Positions 49,927-63,322 of a stretch of DNA of 64,000 nucleotides are shown here, one piece after another (the stretch's first letter is position 1; each line of letters starts with the position of its first letter). The DNA is from Octopus vulgaris (taxonomy: Eukaryota). The DNA lies in NCBI GenBank assembly GCA_951406725.2, contig OX597814.1:205530001-205594000 (forward strand), written 5' to 3'. The notes under the pieces were generated by a model that saw only the letters and a list, made by a program, of their open reading frames with translations, made no database searches and was not told the origin of the DNA. The position numbers and the translations under genes were made by a program.

Positions 49927-51481
49927 TCTCTTATTATAAAAGGCAGATTTTATCAGCCTCCCTTTGGGAGTTATACAAATCTACAATATAGGATTTCTTC
50001 AATTACAATTTACCTAGCATTTTTAAGAGTACAATGCATCGCGTCATGCCAGGTCCAGTTTTTAAAATTTAATCTCCAATTAAGCAAAATTTACAGAAAA
50101 CTCACATTCTGGTGTGTGTGTCAAATGCTTTTCTTAGTCTGGTTTACACCACACGCAAACGCACACACACAGTGTGCAACGAATAAAATGAAAGTAAATA
50201 GCGACAGAGTGATTTGAGGAAGACTAAACTGAAAGTATTTAAACCACTACTCAAAAAATAAAAAAACACAGCAATCAGAAACAAATAAATACATAACCAT
50301 TTATTCCTCACACAATTTCTTCAATTAGAATTTACCTAAGATTTTTCAAAGTACTCCATTCGCTCATGCCATAATATATTTCTTTCAATTTCACCCCCAA
50401 TTTAGACAAAATTCGAGAAAACTCAATATTTTAACATATCACTCCGAAAGCATTGATGTACATGTGTGCGTGCGTGAGTGTGTGTGTGTCATTCCTCACA
50501 CACACGCATACACATACATATACAACTACATACAACTACATACACATACAACTACATACAAACACGTGTGTGTTTGTTATTAGTAAAAAAGGCGCAAAAA
50601 CACAACTCACTTATCATTCCAACACATTTGCAAAGACACACGGAGGACAGAAAAGGTAAATTGGTTTTTATTTTACTCTGTATATATTTTATTATATAAT
50701 ATTATATATAGATATATGTATATATAATTGCAGTATGAAACAGTGTTTATGTATAAACAGACGACACTTATATATAGTTACCAAGCCGCCCGAATTTACC
50801 TATTCATATTTAAATGAGAATATCAGAGCAAATCTCTTTAGTACATTCGTGAAAACACGTATTATACTTCGTAAACACTTCAACTACAGTTTTGTACAAA
50901 AATCGAAGTGTAATTTTAATTCCGTGAATTATGGGAGATTTTTTTCCGAAATTTGTTCCTATTGTGTTTTCAAAATTTTTAATTCTGACAAAAAATGGAT
51001 ACGAATTTCATTATATCAAGCAGCGAGTCAGAATTCGAAGGATTTTCTACTGAAGACCTTCATAAATCTAACTCTATGACTGAAAAAAAAAAAGCATCTT
51101 TATATAAGAGTGAAGTTGTGTGTCTGTCTCCTACGATTTAGATTCCTAACTACTCCCACATTTTGCGGTGCAGTTTAACCAAAAGCGGGTATCTTATAGT
51201 CGTGATTCATATCGAGCCCTTCTGGGTATTAGCGTGCGTCTACGATGAGTCTACGATTTAAAAAAAATTTACCATCATATTTTTCCATTTTAATGCATTT
51301 TTTTCGCTTTTATATAAGGGAAGTAACTCTCTAAAAATATCTACGATGTGTCAACGATTTAAAAAAAAAATTTACCTTAATTTTTTTTCAATTTTTAATG
51401 CATTTTTTGGCTATAACTCTCTAAAAATGCTTATATAGTTATTTCCCTTACAACCCGAGCAACGCCGGGCGATACTGCTAG
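49927..51481 (+). mobile_element. composite non-autonomous Helitron
   Basis: A|TCTCTTATTATAAAAG 5' end at 49927; second 5' end A|TCTTTATATAAGAGTGAAG at 51097; single 3' end CCCGAGCAACGCCGGG...CTAG|T at 51481. The part 51097-51481 matches 7236-7629. The upstream part is less certain. Confidence 0.7.
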
Positions 51482-52019
51482 TATATATATATAAAGATGT
51501 AAGAGTGTAATCAAAAAAGTGTGGATTCGAAAGAATTGTGTGGCTGATCTGATAAGCTAGCTTTCTTTATTTGCATTAATTTGTGAATGCAGAGCATCTT
51601 AACATTTGTTGCCTTCCTTTGTCATCTCCTTAATGATGTTCAACATGCAGAGATCAGCTTTAACTCCTTCTGCTTATGTCTTCCTCTGATTCCTTCTGAA
51701 TATATTTTTTTCGCTCATCTTCACCTCCCTGTCATCATTTACCACAGGCCCATATCAACACAGCCTTCTCTCTTACACACTACATCTGATTCCTCTTATA
51801 CTCAATTTTCTCATAGATCATCTGTGGCCGGTGGCACGTAAAAAGCACCCACTACACTCACGGAGTGGTTGGCATTAGGAATGGCATCCAGCTGTAGAAC
51901 ACTGTAGAAACACTGCCAGATCAGACTGGAGCCTGGTGTAGCCTCCTGGCTTCCCAGACCCCGGTCGAACCATCCAACCCATGCTAGCATGGAAAACGGA
52001 CGTTAAACGATGCTGATCA

Positions 52020-52790
52020 TCATCATCATCTATGTTCTGTCAAACAAACATACTAATATTATATATTCAATGGATAATACTTATATCATTTCTTTCCCAC
52101 TATTCGTACACCCTCTCTGCATTCACAACTATGTAGCATTATCTCCAACAGAATTGCCGTTTGTATAAAAGATCTACAATCTATCCTTTTCTCACACAGT
52201 GACTCCCACTGTCAGCAGAAGTATCAGTTCCCAGAATTTTCTCCATCCTATTCTGACTAATTTTGGTTACTAAATTTCAGAATCCCTTTCCCCATTGTTT
52301 ATTAGATCACTCAAACAGCAAAAGTTATCAACAACTTCTATTGAACTTTCTGAACATTGCATGGAATTTATTTTACTGGGGACTCAAAGTCTAACTACAC
52401 CTGCACATTTACCAAAAGCAAAGCCTTTATTCACTTCATCATCATCATCGTTTAACGTCCATTCTCCATGCTAGCATGGGTTGGACGGTAATAATAGGGA
52501 GGCTGCCGTGACCAGGATTCGAACCTGGGTTACCACGGCCACAACATGGGGTCCTAACCACTAGACAATCACAGCTATGAACCTCCCGTTTGTTTTAAAT
52601 TCCATTACACATTTTGTGCACTCATAGATCTCACTGGTATGGAATTTCTCCCTACTCTTTTTCTGCATATTAAACACAGCTATTTCTTTGATGGTATCAG
52701 CAACCTGCTTACTTTCCTATTTACATTAAAACTTTAATCTTTGTTAAGTTTGTTCTGAGACCTGTTCCTAAACCTTCTTCACTAATTAAA
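52020..52790 (-). mobile_element. old RTE LINE relic hosting the tRNA chimera
   Basis: Degenerate IEVVDNF, RIGWRKF.EL, CRKRVGRNSI motifs homologous to 17545-17900. Confidence 0.65.
52504..52575 (-). tRNA. tRNA-His(GTG), probably a retrocopy or pseudogene
   Basis: GCTGTGATTGTCTAGTGGTTAGGACCCCATGTTGTGGCCGTGGTAACCCAGGTTCGAATCCTGGTCACGGCA: 72 nt, full cloverleaf, anticodon GTG. Three apparent CpG>TpG changes relative to canonical invertebrate tRNA-His. No oligo-T terminator downstream. Confidence 0.9.
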
Positions 52791-53039
52791 TCATTAAAAA
52801 GAAATCATCAAGTTTTCCATATTCTATTCTTTTAGGAATTTTGCCAAAGTTTTAAGTCATTCTAAATCTGGGAAACCATTTGAATGGCATATACTCCAAT
52901 TGCTGTTTCTTTTTTTTGCCACAGACTTAAGAAACTCATTCTTTTCATGGTTATAAGTATGATTTTGCTGCTTCAATACTGAAAATTCTCTCAATGACAT
53001 TTATGGCACAGAATCTATAAGGTTTTGAATATTGATGGC

Positions 53040-53660
53040 CTACCCAGTCTAAATGAACTCTGCATTTCCATTGTACTCAAAGTAGGAGCTGGCGTCTGTG
53101 TGGGACTACAGTATCACTGTGGTATGCCCTTCAACTCTACAGGCCTTGATGGTTTGTCTTGCCACCTATATGCTGGTCGTTTTACTTGTAACACTGAGCT
53201 AAGCTTAATCATTAAGTGGATTCCTGGCTCAGGTTAATATCCCCTTAATTCTGGAGTAGTAGGGATTATCCAGAAGTGATAGGAAGAGACTAAATGGTCT
53301 TACTCTTTGTCCCTGGGTATGAAGAGATAGGGATACCACAGTCTGTGACTTCTTTGCTCCTTCCCACATCCTGGATGCTGCAGTAAATGGGAGTGACACT
53401 GCTTCTGCAGCTGAACAGAACAAAATCGTTAAGTGCCGGGACTCATCAGTGAACCCTTTCTTCCAGCCTGTGGCATTTGAGACATTTGCAGGGGCTGGGC
53501 CACTAACAACAAAGTTCTTGTCATTGTTAGCGACTTGCCTTACTGAAGTGCCAGGTGATGCCCAGGAGGGTGCTTGGCAGTTCCAATGCCTTGACCTCAG
53601 CATCACCCATGGTAATGCTGCAAGCAGGTTGGCTTGCTTCAATAGTTTCCTTTGACCCTT
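53040..53660 (+). mobile_element. CRE-clade RLE retrotransposon 3' fragment
   Basis: GLSRSDRKRLNGLTLCPW, AAEQNKIVKC, FQPVAFETFAGAG..FL, GD..EG.WQFQCLDLSITHGNAAS. Confidence 0.8.
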
Positions 53661-53833
53661 GTGATGTGCAACCAATTGAGGCAGTTGGTGTTCTGCTGAT
53701 GTTTTTCTTCCTTCTTCTTTCTTCCTCTTTCTCCACTTCTTTCTTCTTCTTTTTTTTTCATTCTTCACTCATGTTTCTGTTTTCTTTCGTTTTGGATTAG
53801 TATTTTAATGTGGTTTTGTATAATGTATATGTA

Positions 53834-54249
53834 GGTGCAGGAGTGGCTGTGTGGTAAGTAGCTTGCTTACCAACCACATGGTTCCAGGTTCAGTCCCACT
53901 GCGTGGTACCTTGGGCAAGTGTCTTCTACTATAGCCATGGGCTGATCAAAGCCTTGTGAGTGGATTTGGTAGACAGAAGCTGAAAGAAACCCGCCATATA
54001 TATGTGTATATGTGTATATATGTGTGTGTGTGTACATGTTTGTGTGTCTGTGTTTGTCCCCACAACATCGCTTGACAACCGATGGGGGTGTGTTTATGTC
54101 CCCGTGACTTAGTGGTTTGGCAAACAAGACTGATAGAATAAAAACTAGGCTTCCAAAGAATAAGTCCTGGAGTCAGTTTGCTTGACTAAAAGCAGTGCTC
54201 CAGCATGACAACAGTCAAATGACTGAAACAAGTAAAAAGAGTAAAGAGT
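53834..54249 (+). mobile_element. major tRNA-SINE, full length
   Basis: Same family as 39082. Confidence 0.9.
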
Positions 54250-55033
54250 ATCATATACATATATGTTATATGTGCAATAAAATAAAATGAACCTATCATT
54301 AGAACTGAAGAATTTCATAAAACTAGCAAAATGACAAAATCTTTCTCAGCCGTAAAACTACTAGAATAAGAAAATGACTTCCTGACCAATAAGTGACCCC
54401 TAAAAAGAGTACTAAGCTAGCAGAAGTATTCAGTTAACAGGAGTTCCTGGGAAACTTAAAATTACAACTTTTTTTGTGATTTTTTTCCTTTATATATAAT
54501 TCAAATAAATAAATTTTGTATTTTGAAAATATCAGGTTTTTTAATACTTTTAGCAAAAATTGTTTCACTGTTTTCAGTCATTGGGCAGTGGCCATGCTGG
54601 GGCAACACCTTGGTAGGTCTTAGTTTGATCATATTCCTCCTAGTACCTATTTCAGTCCTATATATATTTTATTGATCTTTCACGAATCACTGAAAGGGAC
54701 TCAACATGACATGCTGATTTGCACCATTAAACATAACTACACACACACACATAAATACATATATACATACTGGAAAATATACTTACTTTTCCCTGAAGAT
54801 ACCTGGCAATTTATAGTTTATTATATCTATAACAGTTAGAATATTCATGATTCAAAGATACTGTCAGATTAAAACATGTGTAGGATGTTTTGGATATATT
54901 TTGGGTTGTTTTGTTGATCCAGTTCCTTTTATACTTATTCTTATAGGTGACTCTTTTACTTTGCCTTATATTTCCATTATAATACAAATAAAATGAACCA
55001 AGCATCTATTATATTTTTTGTTCTCATATATAT

Positions 55034-55083
<50 letters not shown>

Positions 55084-55229
55084 ATATATGATGGACTCTC
55101 TCGTTGGTTTTGACATATGAAACTCCAACCATGTGTTCTTTCTTTGTCAGTCATAATGCTTATGTCAAATGTGAAATTTAAGTCCCACCAACGATTTGCA
55201 AAGAAGGCCAAAGATGTTGCAATATATAT

Positions 55230-56012
55230 ATATATAAAATTTAGAGGACTAATCACTAAAAGTGGACAGCCTATATGCTAAACATAGATGTCAAATCGCC
55301 ATTTACCACAAAGAATATGTTCTCAAGAAAAATCTCAGCAAAAGAAACAAAGTGTAAAAATAAGCAATACACATGAAAATATACGAAATAAAAACGATTA
55401 CCTATGTATCAATTGGTTTCACTTGTTAATATTTATGTATATGGACACACAAACAACTACAAGATCATCAGCATGGTCTGTCGTTTACAAAACACAATTT
55501 CTTCAGATCTTTTAAAATATGCTAATCCACTGGTTTTAATTGATTAATATCAATTTCTACGCTTATTTAATTTTAAATTTAAAAACTGTTCACTAACCTT
55601 GACTGCTGTAATTTATTAACTGCAGAGTAGTTTCCTATCTCAGTGCGCCAAAGTGACGGCATTTGAAAGATACACCTAAATATAATATGTAGAACTTTAT
55701 ACATGCTGGATTTCAGTTGAGCATTCTGTATCTAGTTCTGGAAATTGTGTTTTGTAAATGACAGACTATGCTGATTATCTTGCAGATGTTCGCATGTACA
55801 TATACATAAATATTAACAAATGAAACCAATTGATACATAGGTGATCGTTTTTTATTTCGTATATTTTCATGTGTCTTGCTTATTTTTACACTTTGTTTTT
55901 TTTGCTGAGATTTTTCTTGAGAACACATTCTTTGTGGTAAATGGCAAATTGACGTCTATGTTTAGCATATAGGCTGTCCACTTTTAGTGGTCAGTCCTCT
56001 AAATTTTATATG
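55230..56012. repeat. inverted repeat, ~275-bp arms, ~230-bp spacer
   Basis: 55230-55505 versus 55737-56012, roughly 90% identical; both strands give CSQEKSQQKKQSVKIS in the ORF track. Confidence 0.92.
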
Positions 56013-56124
56013 TAAAACAATTTTTAATCTTCGGACTTTTTAAAATATGCTAAGCCACTGGTTTTAATTGATTAATATCAATTTCTACCCTTATTTAATT
56101 TATATATATATATATATATATATA

Positions 56125-56555
56125 CTTCTTGCTTTGTTCCTTTGTGCCACATGGGCTCAACTCACCTTTGAAATCAATCTCACACAAATTGCCACTCACC
56201 TCCCACACTCTCCACCTACACACCCGCATACTGCCCTTCTCAGTACTCTCACCCACACATACACACTCATGCACACCATTCTCACATACACACACGCACA
56301 CATTTGTGCACCTCCTCTTCTTGGGATCACCATGAATTATTTTCCCTTCATTCAGCCTCTCTCTATTATTATCACTGAAATCAACACATTTTTTTTATTC
56401 TCTCTCTATTTATTTCACTTTATTCCTTTCTGATGAAGAGCATAGGCTCAAAACATAAAAGACTTTTCCATTTTTCCCAAGCATCAAACTAATACACTTG
56501 CTTGTTGTTCCTACACCTGTCTTCATCTTTCTTTTTAAATAAAATTGAACTATAT
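56125..56555 (+). mobile_element. Penelope-like element 3' end/pseudo-LTR with decayed minimal hammerhead
   Basis: LCSFVPHGLN (GIY-YIG C-terminal PxGLN motif), then CTGATGA-AGAGC-ATAG-GCTC-AAAAC at 56430-56454. Confidence 0.65.
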
Positions 56556-56819
56556 ATTATATTACAGGGAAAAGAACAACACAAACCAAGGCAAGACAGG
56601 TATCTCAAGTCATTTAGAATATTTAATTAGGGTAAGGTGTTCCTGGAATATCCCAAGTGATAGGCTAGCATGTCCATACCCTGGGTATTCTGTCATCAGA
56701 GACAAGGTGAGTATGTATAACAGTTCTAGACAGGGAAAATCACAGTCTATAAGGAATAAAATAAAATAGTAGATAGAAGAATAAAGAGTAAAGCAGTAAA
56801 TAGACGAATACAGAGAGAA

Positions 56820-57050
56820 GAATAAAGTTCACAGCTCATCTTCTTCCAGAGGGTTTGGAGGTTGGTCCGTACTTCCATGAAGGTATAGGCCCTTAGGTAT
56901 AATCCCAGGTAAATCGAAGCAGTATTTTGGCAGTATTTTGAATGTTGCTTTCATGTTGGAAGAGTAGAATTAAATGGTTAGCTAATATGAAAATGATCCA
57001 CCTGGGTATATAGAGTGAGAAAGACAGACATCATGATAGACAAATGTGGG
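56820..57050 (-). mobile_element. possible Penelope-like ORF N-terminal relic
   Basis: Minus strand C..LPGIIPKGLYL motif typical of PLE N-termini. A decayed GIY-YIG-like FMLTCRECFMLFIE lies at about 57610-57660(+). Confidence 0.4.
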
Positions 57051-58099
57051 TTGTGAGTGAGTGAACAGAAGAGAGAGGAGAAAGCGAGAAAGGAAAGGAA
57101 TGGGACGGATGTGGGGAAGAAAGAATGAGAGCAAAAGTGAAGTAAAAAAATAAAGATAAGATGCCAGTATTCTACATTAGGGGTGAGAGGTTAGGCGTTT
57201 AGGTTTTGGTAAAGTGGAGGAGGAAGGCATTTATGTCTATTAATTAAATAGATGAATTCTATGTTCGGTGTGGTCAGAAAGAGAATTTAGTTCATTGGCC
57301 AGTAGGGATAGCTAAAAATAGAGGCTAGCTTAAGGGAGTGTATATAGGATAGAATACAGTTAAATGGATAAAGGATAAAAAAGAATAAAAAGTGAAAATT
57401 AAAAATTAAAAAGGTTTTAGATTAAAACATTAAAGTTAAAAATTAAAAAAAGATTATTGCAGCTAAGTAGCTTCTAAGATACTTATGTTGATAGAGAAGA
57501 AAAGAAAAAACGTACATATATTGTAACGACCATGGATGCATATAGGCAAGTGTTAAGAGTGTTGATTTTCCTTGCATTTGGACTTATGGAAGAATCTAAA
57601 GGTGCAATAGAATTTATGCTTACATGTAGAGAATGCTTCATGTTGTTTATTGAGTAATCGTGGTGAAATATGAATTAATATTTGGGGGTGCTTCTTTCAG
57701 GCAGAGTCCACATGTGGAGCACTGGCCTTGGTATGGAGTGCCATGCCTTTATCCATTATCCATTTAATTGCATTTTCTTTTCTCTCTTTTATTCACTCCC
57801 TCACAACCCATATCTGTCTATCATTATGCTTGCCTTTCTCACTCTATATACCCACATGGACCATTATCATCATCATCATCATCATTTAGCAGGTATATAT
57901 ATAATATATACCTGTTAACTCAGAAGCCTAATACAGTTCCCTAGCTCCAGCCTCAGCTGTGAACTTGGAACCTAACAGATGACCAGTTATAGCACTTACT
58001 CAGTGTACTTATTTGTTAGATCATCAGCAAACTAAACCCTTCATATTCTATATATATATAGATATAATGAACTTATTGTATATAGTGCTGCTGAGGTAC

Positions 58100-58410
58100 A
58101 CTATAATTCATGAGAAAAAGTAACCAAAATTGTGTGAACAGTACATAATATATGCACAGGAAGTGAACTGTGAAAAAGTCTTAAAAGAAAAAAAGGAATA
58201 ATAAACAGGGGTGGGGGGGGCATCAAGTGTACTGTTGGTGAATTTGTGGAAGCATGGAAGTTTTGAAGGATGTAGTGTCTCAACTGTTAACAACTGATGC
58301 AGGTAGTTTATTCCATACTTCAGAAGTTCCAAGCATGAAAAAATGTTTCTGAAAGTCATGGGAGCTGTGTTGTTTTTTTTGGTTTTGTAAGCATGTCCAC
58401 GAGCGTTACA
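58100..58410 (-). mobile_element. CR1-like LINE 3' end
   Basis: NARGHAYK, HDFQKHFF..EVWNKLPASVV..SFK. Confidence 0.75.
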
Positions 58411-60035
58411 CATACACACACTCAGATTGAAAGATTTTGTATCAGCCAAATTCCAAACACACCAGATAGTGGTCAATTCAAAGCACAGTGCTACAGTGCC
58501 ATACAATGGGATTGAAACTAAAAACCTGTGGTTACGACTTGAACTTATTAACCACAGTATAGTTATACTCTTATCATACAACTATGCCTTCAAACTGTCA
58601 GAATTTTTCAGCATGTCTTAAATATAAAAAGAAAAGAAAAAAGCATTCTTTAACATACCAGCAACCATTTCTAAATTTCGTATCAGAGAAAATTTATTTC
58701 CTGAGTTACCACCTTTTTATGTGAAAAAATGTTCATCCATTAGCATAAAAGTTTGTCTACATTGTCTGTGGAACATTCTGTAATAAAATGGTAAGCTATT
58801 TAATTCCTTGGTTATTTTGCAGTCGATGGTGTTATTACATTTCCTGCATCTAAAATAACTTTAATCCTGGCACTTCAATATTTACTGTTATTTTTTGATT
58901 GAAAATTACTGCTGCAATAAAAAAAAAAAAGAAGTAAAACCTCAATCATGTTTGAGATTTATAACAATACTCTAATAAACTAAGTGAAAACTCCTGATGC
59001 TGTTGTCAGCCTTTTCACCACATTAATTGGGTTTTGGTGAACTGCAGTCTGTTAGTGACCTCTTGACCCTTTATAAATTTCTATTGCATAATATAATTTC
59101 TACCTACCCTTTAGTTTTATATGCATGTGTATAAACCTACAGGGGGCCTAGTGGTTAGGGTGATGCACTCATAATCAGGAGATTGTGGTTTCAATTCATG
59201 GAGCAGATAGTGTGTTGTGTTTCTGAGCAAAACACTTCATTCATGTCGCTCTGTGATCACTTCGACACCTGACATTTTGTACACTGTGCACCTGTTGAAG
59301 TATTGAATATTTGATGGAGCGAATGAGCTAATGTACAGCTCATACATTGGATCACTCCAAACAAATCATCTGTGCAGCTTGTTCAGCAAGGAATTGCAGA
59401 ATCATCTTTCTCAGACTACCAGAGACAACTGCCATATGTTGGTATATTTCTAAGACAACACAAAAAAAAACAAGTATCTATTTCTTTGCAGATCCTAGCT
59501 TTGATGAACAGATTTCTAGGTTATGAGCCCAACATTCTTCTACTGTGCATCTCTACTTAACAAGGGATTAAGGAAATATGTAATGTATTATTTCATATAT
59601 TGTCTGCTCTGGGTTACATGACTCCTATTGCCTCATCCATCATTATCATCGTCGTTTAACGTCCATTTTCCGTGCTAGTACGGGTTGGATGGTTCGACCA
59701 GGGTCTGGGAAGCCAGGAGACTGCACCAGGCTCCAGTCTGATGTGGCAGTGTTTCTACAGCTGGATGCCCTTCTTAATGCCAACCACTCCACGAGTGTAG
59801 TGGGTGCTTTTTATGTGCCAGGGGAGGCTGGCAACGGTCACGATTAGTTGGTGCTTTTTACGTGCCACCGGTACGGAAGCCAGTCAAGGCGGCGCTGGCA
59901 TCGGCCACATACGGATGGTACTTTTTACGTGTCACCGGCACAGGTGCCAGGAGAGGCTGGCAATGGCCACAATCGGTTGGTGCTTTTTACGTGTCATCGG
60001 CACAGAAGCCTTCCATCATATATCATTTATTTATT

Positions 60036-60262
60036 TCTCACCACAACTTTCTCTCACTCTTACTTCCTGTTTCTGTTGTACCTGTATTTCAAAGGACTGG
60101 CCTTGTCACTCTCTGTGTCACACTGAATATCCCCGAGAACTACGTTAAGGGTACACGTGTCTGTGGAGTGCTCAGCCACTTACACGTTAATTTCATGAGC
60201 AGGCTGTTCCGTTGATCGGATCAACCGGAACCCTCGTCGTCGTAACCGACGGAGTGCTTCCA
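60036..60262 (+). mobile_element. SINE 3' part sharing the CCACAACTTTCTCTCACTCT domain with 48798-49103
   Basis: Shared 20-mer, then a different tail; a related tail lies on the minus strand at about 9200-9360. Confidence 0.6.
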
Positions 60263-61083
60263 TCCCATTTATTTCTATGCATTGGACTGTTTCAATTGCA
60301 TGAAATATAGTAGCTAAACAACACATGCTGCAGCACTGGAAAGTTCATTTACTTATTCAATAGTGACATTTCACTTTGCTGATACTCCAAGGGCCATGGT
60401 TGACATGCCACAGGCAGAGATCTATGCATTGCAAATTTTTCTGAGTATCTTTTCATTTGCTATTTTCAGATAAGCCAGAAACAAGCCAATTCTATAAAAT
60501 TTTTCCCTATGCAGCACAGCAAATATGTTTGCTAGTATTGTATATTGTAGAGAAAACATATCAACTTTACCTGACAGGATTTTCTGGTTTTCACCAGAAT
60601 CAGTTTTAAAAAATCAGTACAATTATTGATATTACACAAAACTCAAAGCAGTGAGCTGGCAGAATCATAAGCATACCAAGCATAACGCTTAGTGGCATTT
60701 CATTTGTTTTTATGCTCTGGGTTCAAATGCTGCTGGGGTCGATAAAATAAGTACCAGTTGAGCACTGGGGCTGATGTAATCGACTTAACCCCTACCCCTA
60801 AATTGCTGGCCTTGTGCTAAAATTTGAAACCATTATCATTATCTTATGTCTCAGATTAATTGTATGTCGATATCTTTTGATCAGGGGTGGGTCATAAATA
60901 GAGGATATAGACAGAGGATGTTCTGAGAGTGGTCTGAAGGAGGCCTGTTTGAAACAATAGAGTAAAGACTGAGTGACCAAGCTAGAGCAATCTGCAAAAG
61001 CCATTGATTAACTGAGCTAGGGCTTGAGGCCCGTAAAGGGGGAAATCAATGAAATTCAAATTGAAGAACCAACTGAAGATGAA

Positions 61084-61280
61084 CATTATTATTATTATTG
61101 TTGTTATTATTATTATTATCATTATCATCAATATTATTATTATTATTATCAATATTAGTATTTTTATTATTTTTATTATTATTACTATTATTATTATCAA
61201 TATTATTATTATTATTATTATTATCAATATTATTATTATTATTATCATCAATATTATTATTATTATCAATATTATTATTA
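61084..61280. repeat. (ATT)n/(ATC) compound microsatellite with higher-order ATCAAT(ATT)n units
   Basis: Direct reading. Confidence 0.95.
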
Positions 61281-61499
61281 AGGTGACTAGCTGGCAGAAT
61301 GCTGAGCAAAATGCTCAATGGCATTTTGTCCATCTTTATGTTCTGAGTTCAAATTCCACCAAGGTTGGCTTTGCCTTTCATTCTTTCAGGGTTAATAAAA
61401 TTAAGTACCAGTCAAATACTGGGGTCGATGTAACCAGCTTTGCCCCTCTCCCCAAATTTCAGGCCTTATGCCTTTAGTAGAAAGGATTATTATTATTAT

Positions 61500-61727
61500 T
61501 CCTTCATAACACAGTGTAGGTAAAAATGAACCGGAGTCTTTAGTCATCTGTCAAGTCACAACAAGGACCTCAGACAGATAATACTTTCCTTAAGATGTGC
61601 GCTGTGCCCAATAAGGCTGATTTTTGCAAGACATCAATCTTTCAAGGGATTTCCAGTTGCCTTAAGAAGTTTTGTAGTTTCAATGGGATTGAGCCCAACA
61701 CTCCGATCACCACTGGTATCACTTTTA

Positions 61728-61728
<1 letters not shown>
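61500..61728 (-). mobile_element. R4/Dong-like 3' end inside (TAA)n
   Basis: KVIPVVIGVLGSIP..L..LEIP..IDVLQKSALLGTAHILRKVL*; (ATT)n on both sides. Confidence 0.85.
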
Positions 61729-61766
<38 letters not shown>

Positions 61767-63322
61767 GGTGAGCTGGCAGAATCATTGGCACTTTGTACAA
61801 AATGCTTAGTGGTATTTCTTCTGTATCTGTGTTCTGAGCTCAAATTCTGCTGTGGTCGACTTTGCCTTTCATCCTTTCAGTGTTATACCATTTGGGGTCA
61901 ATGTAATCACCTATCCCCTACTGATATGTTCCAGGCCTTGCACCAAAATTTGAAAACAATATTATACAAAGGAACAGTGCAGCTGATGTACACACAGCCA
62001 AGTTGGAATGTATCCAGAAAAGGGCCATGAGGCTGACTGGTTAACATTAAGTCATAGAAACACTTCAACCACTTGCCCATAGTTGTGCTGTAACCTCTCT
62101 TTTGCCTTTCTATCCCTACTATAATGCTCTGAGCTCACTGAGCCCAGCCAGGCTTCTGCCAGCTCTGCTCAGGTATTGCCATCCACATTTCTCTTTCTCT
62201 TACTTGTTTCAGTCTTTGGACTGCAACCGTGCTTGGACACTGCCTTGAAGGGTTTTAGTCAAACAAATAGAACTCAGTACTTATTTTTATGTCTAATACT
62301 TACTCCATTGGTCCCTTTTGCCAAACAACAAACTTATAGGCATGGAAACAAATCAGCATCAATTGTCAAGCAGTGCAGAGGACAAACATACATGCACACA
62401 CACACACACATTGGGGTTCTGCACAATTTCTCTTCACCAAATTCACTTATGGGGCCTTGAAGAAAATTTGGAATGCTTCATGAATTTACATGCTGTGCCT
62501 GTGTGGTAAATTAAGATAGGAACAAAGAAAGCAAAAAAGATGAGTAGAACAAAGGATGGGATCGAAATTATGCAAGGGTACAATATCAGGTGATAGCAAT
62601 GATAATGAAGGTGTAGCAAGCCAAGAAAGATTTATTATGTCATTGTGGCAGAGTTCAGTTGTGCTGTGGCAGATTCCAGCCAATCAGAGCTGGGGGATAT
62701 GAATAAAATGGCCATGATCTGCCTTAGCAGCAGAACTCACTACAGCTGAGAAGTAGCAGCTTCAAACCAGTTGTAGATTTGATAGCATAGAAGCAACATC
62801 ACTTTCTTTGACATGTCACATTTTCTGTGTCCACCACCAACTTCATGCAACTCATTTGAATAATATCAGCTTCCACTCAGTTTCATATAAACCTCAGCGT
62901 ATGTAGTAAGCTGTGCAACATTTCCTGTCTTTCATACACATATATTTGGTTCCCATTCATATGCCAGATTAATCCTTGTTACCACTTGCCAGCACTTGTT
63001 ACACTACTGAATAAATTTCAATGTTTTTGTTTTATAAACTTGCCTTCTGAATATACTTAATACATGTTTATTAAAAGAACACTGGAATGGACTCTCTCAT
63101 GGATACTCTTCATGCATTAAATTACAGAACACTCACTCTAAATTAGTGAACGATAATACTAAAAAGGTGTTGAACATAAGTAATAATACAAGTGACCAAC
63201 AGATATATTTAGAGGTACTGATGGCAGATGTAGTAGTACTGTTGAAAAGCTTAGGATTAGGGTTATGTTCAGTGAGTGTGTACTGCTATTTATGGCAGTT
63301 CTGATAGTAGTAATAGGGATAA

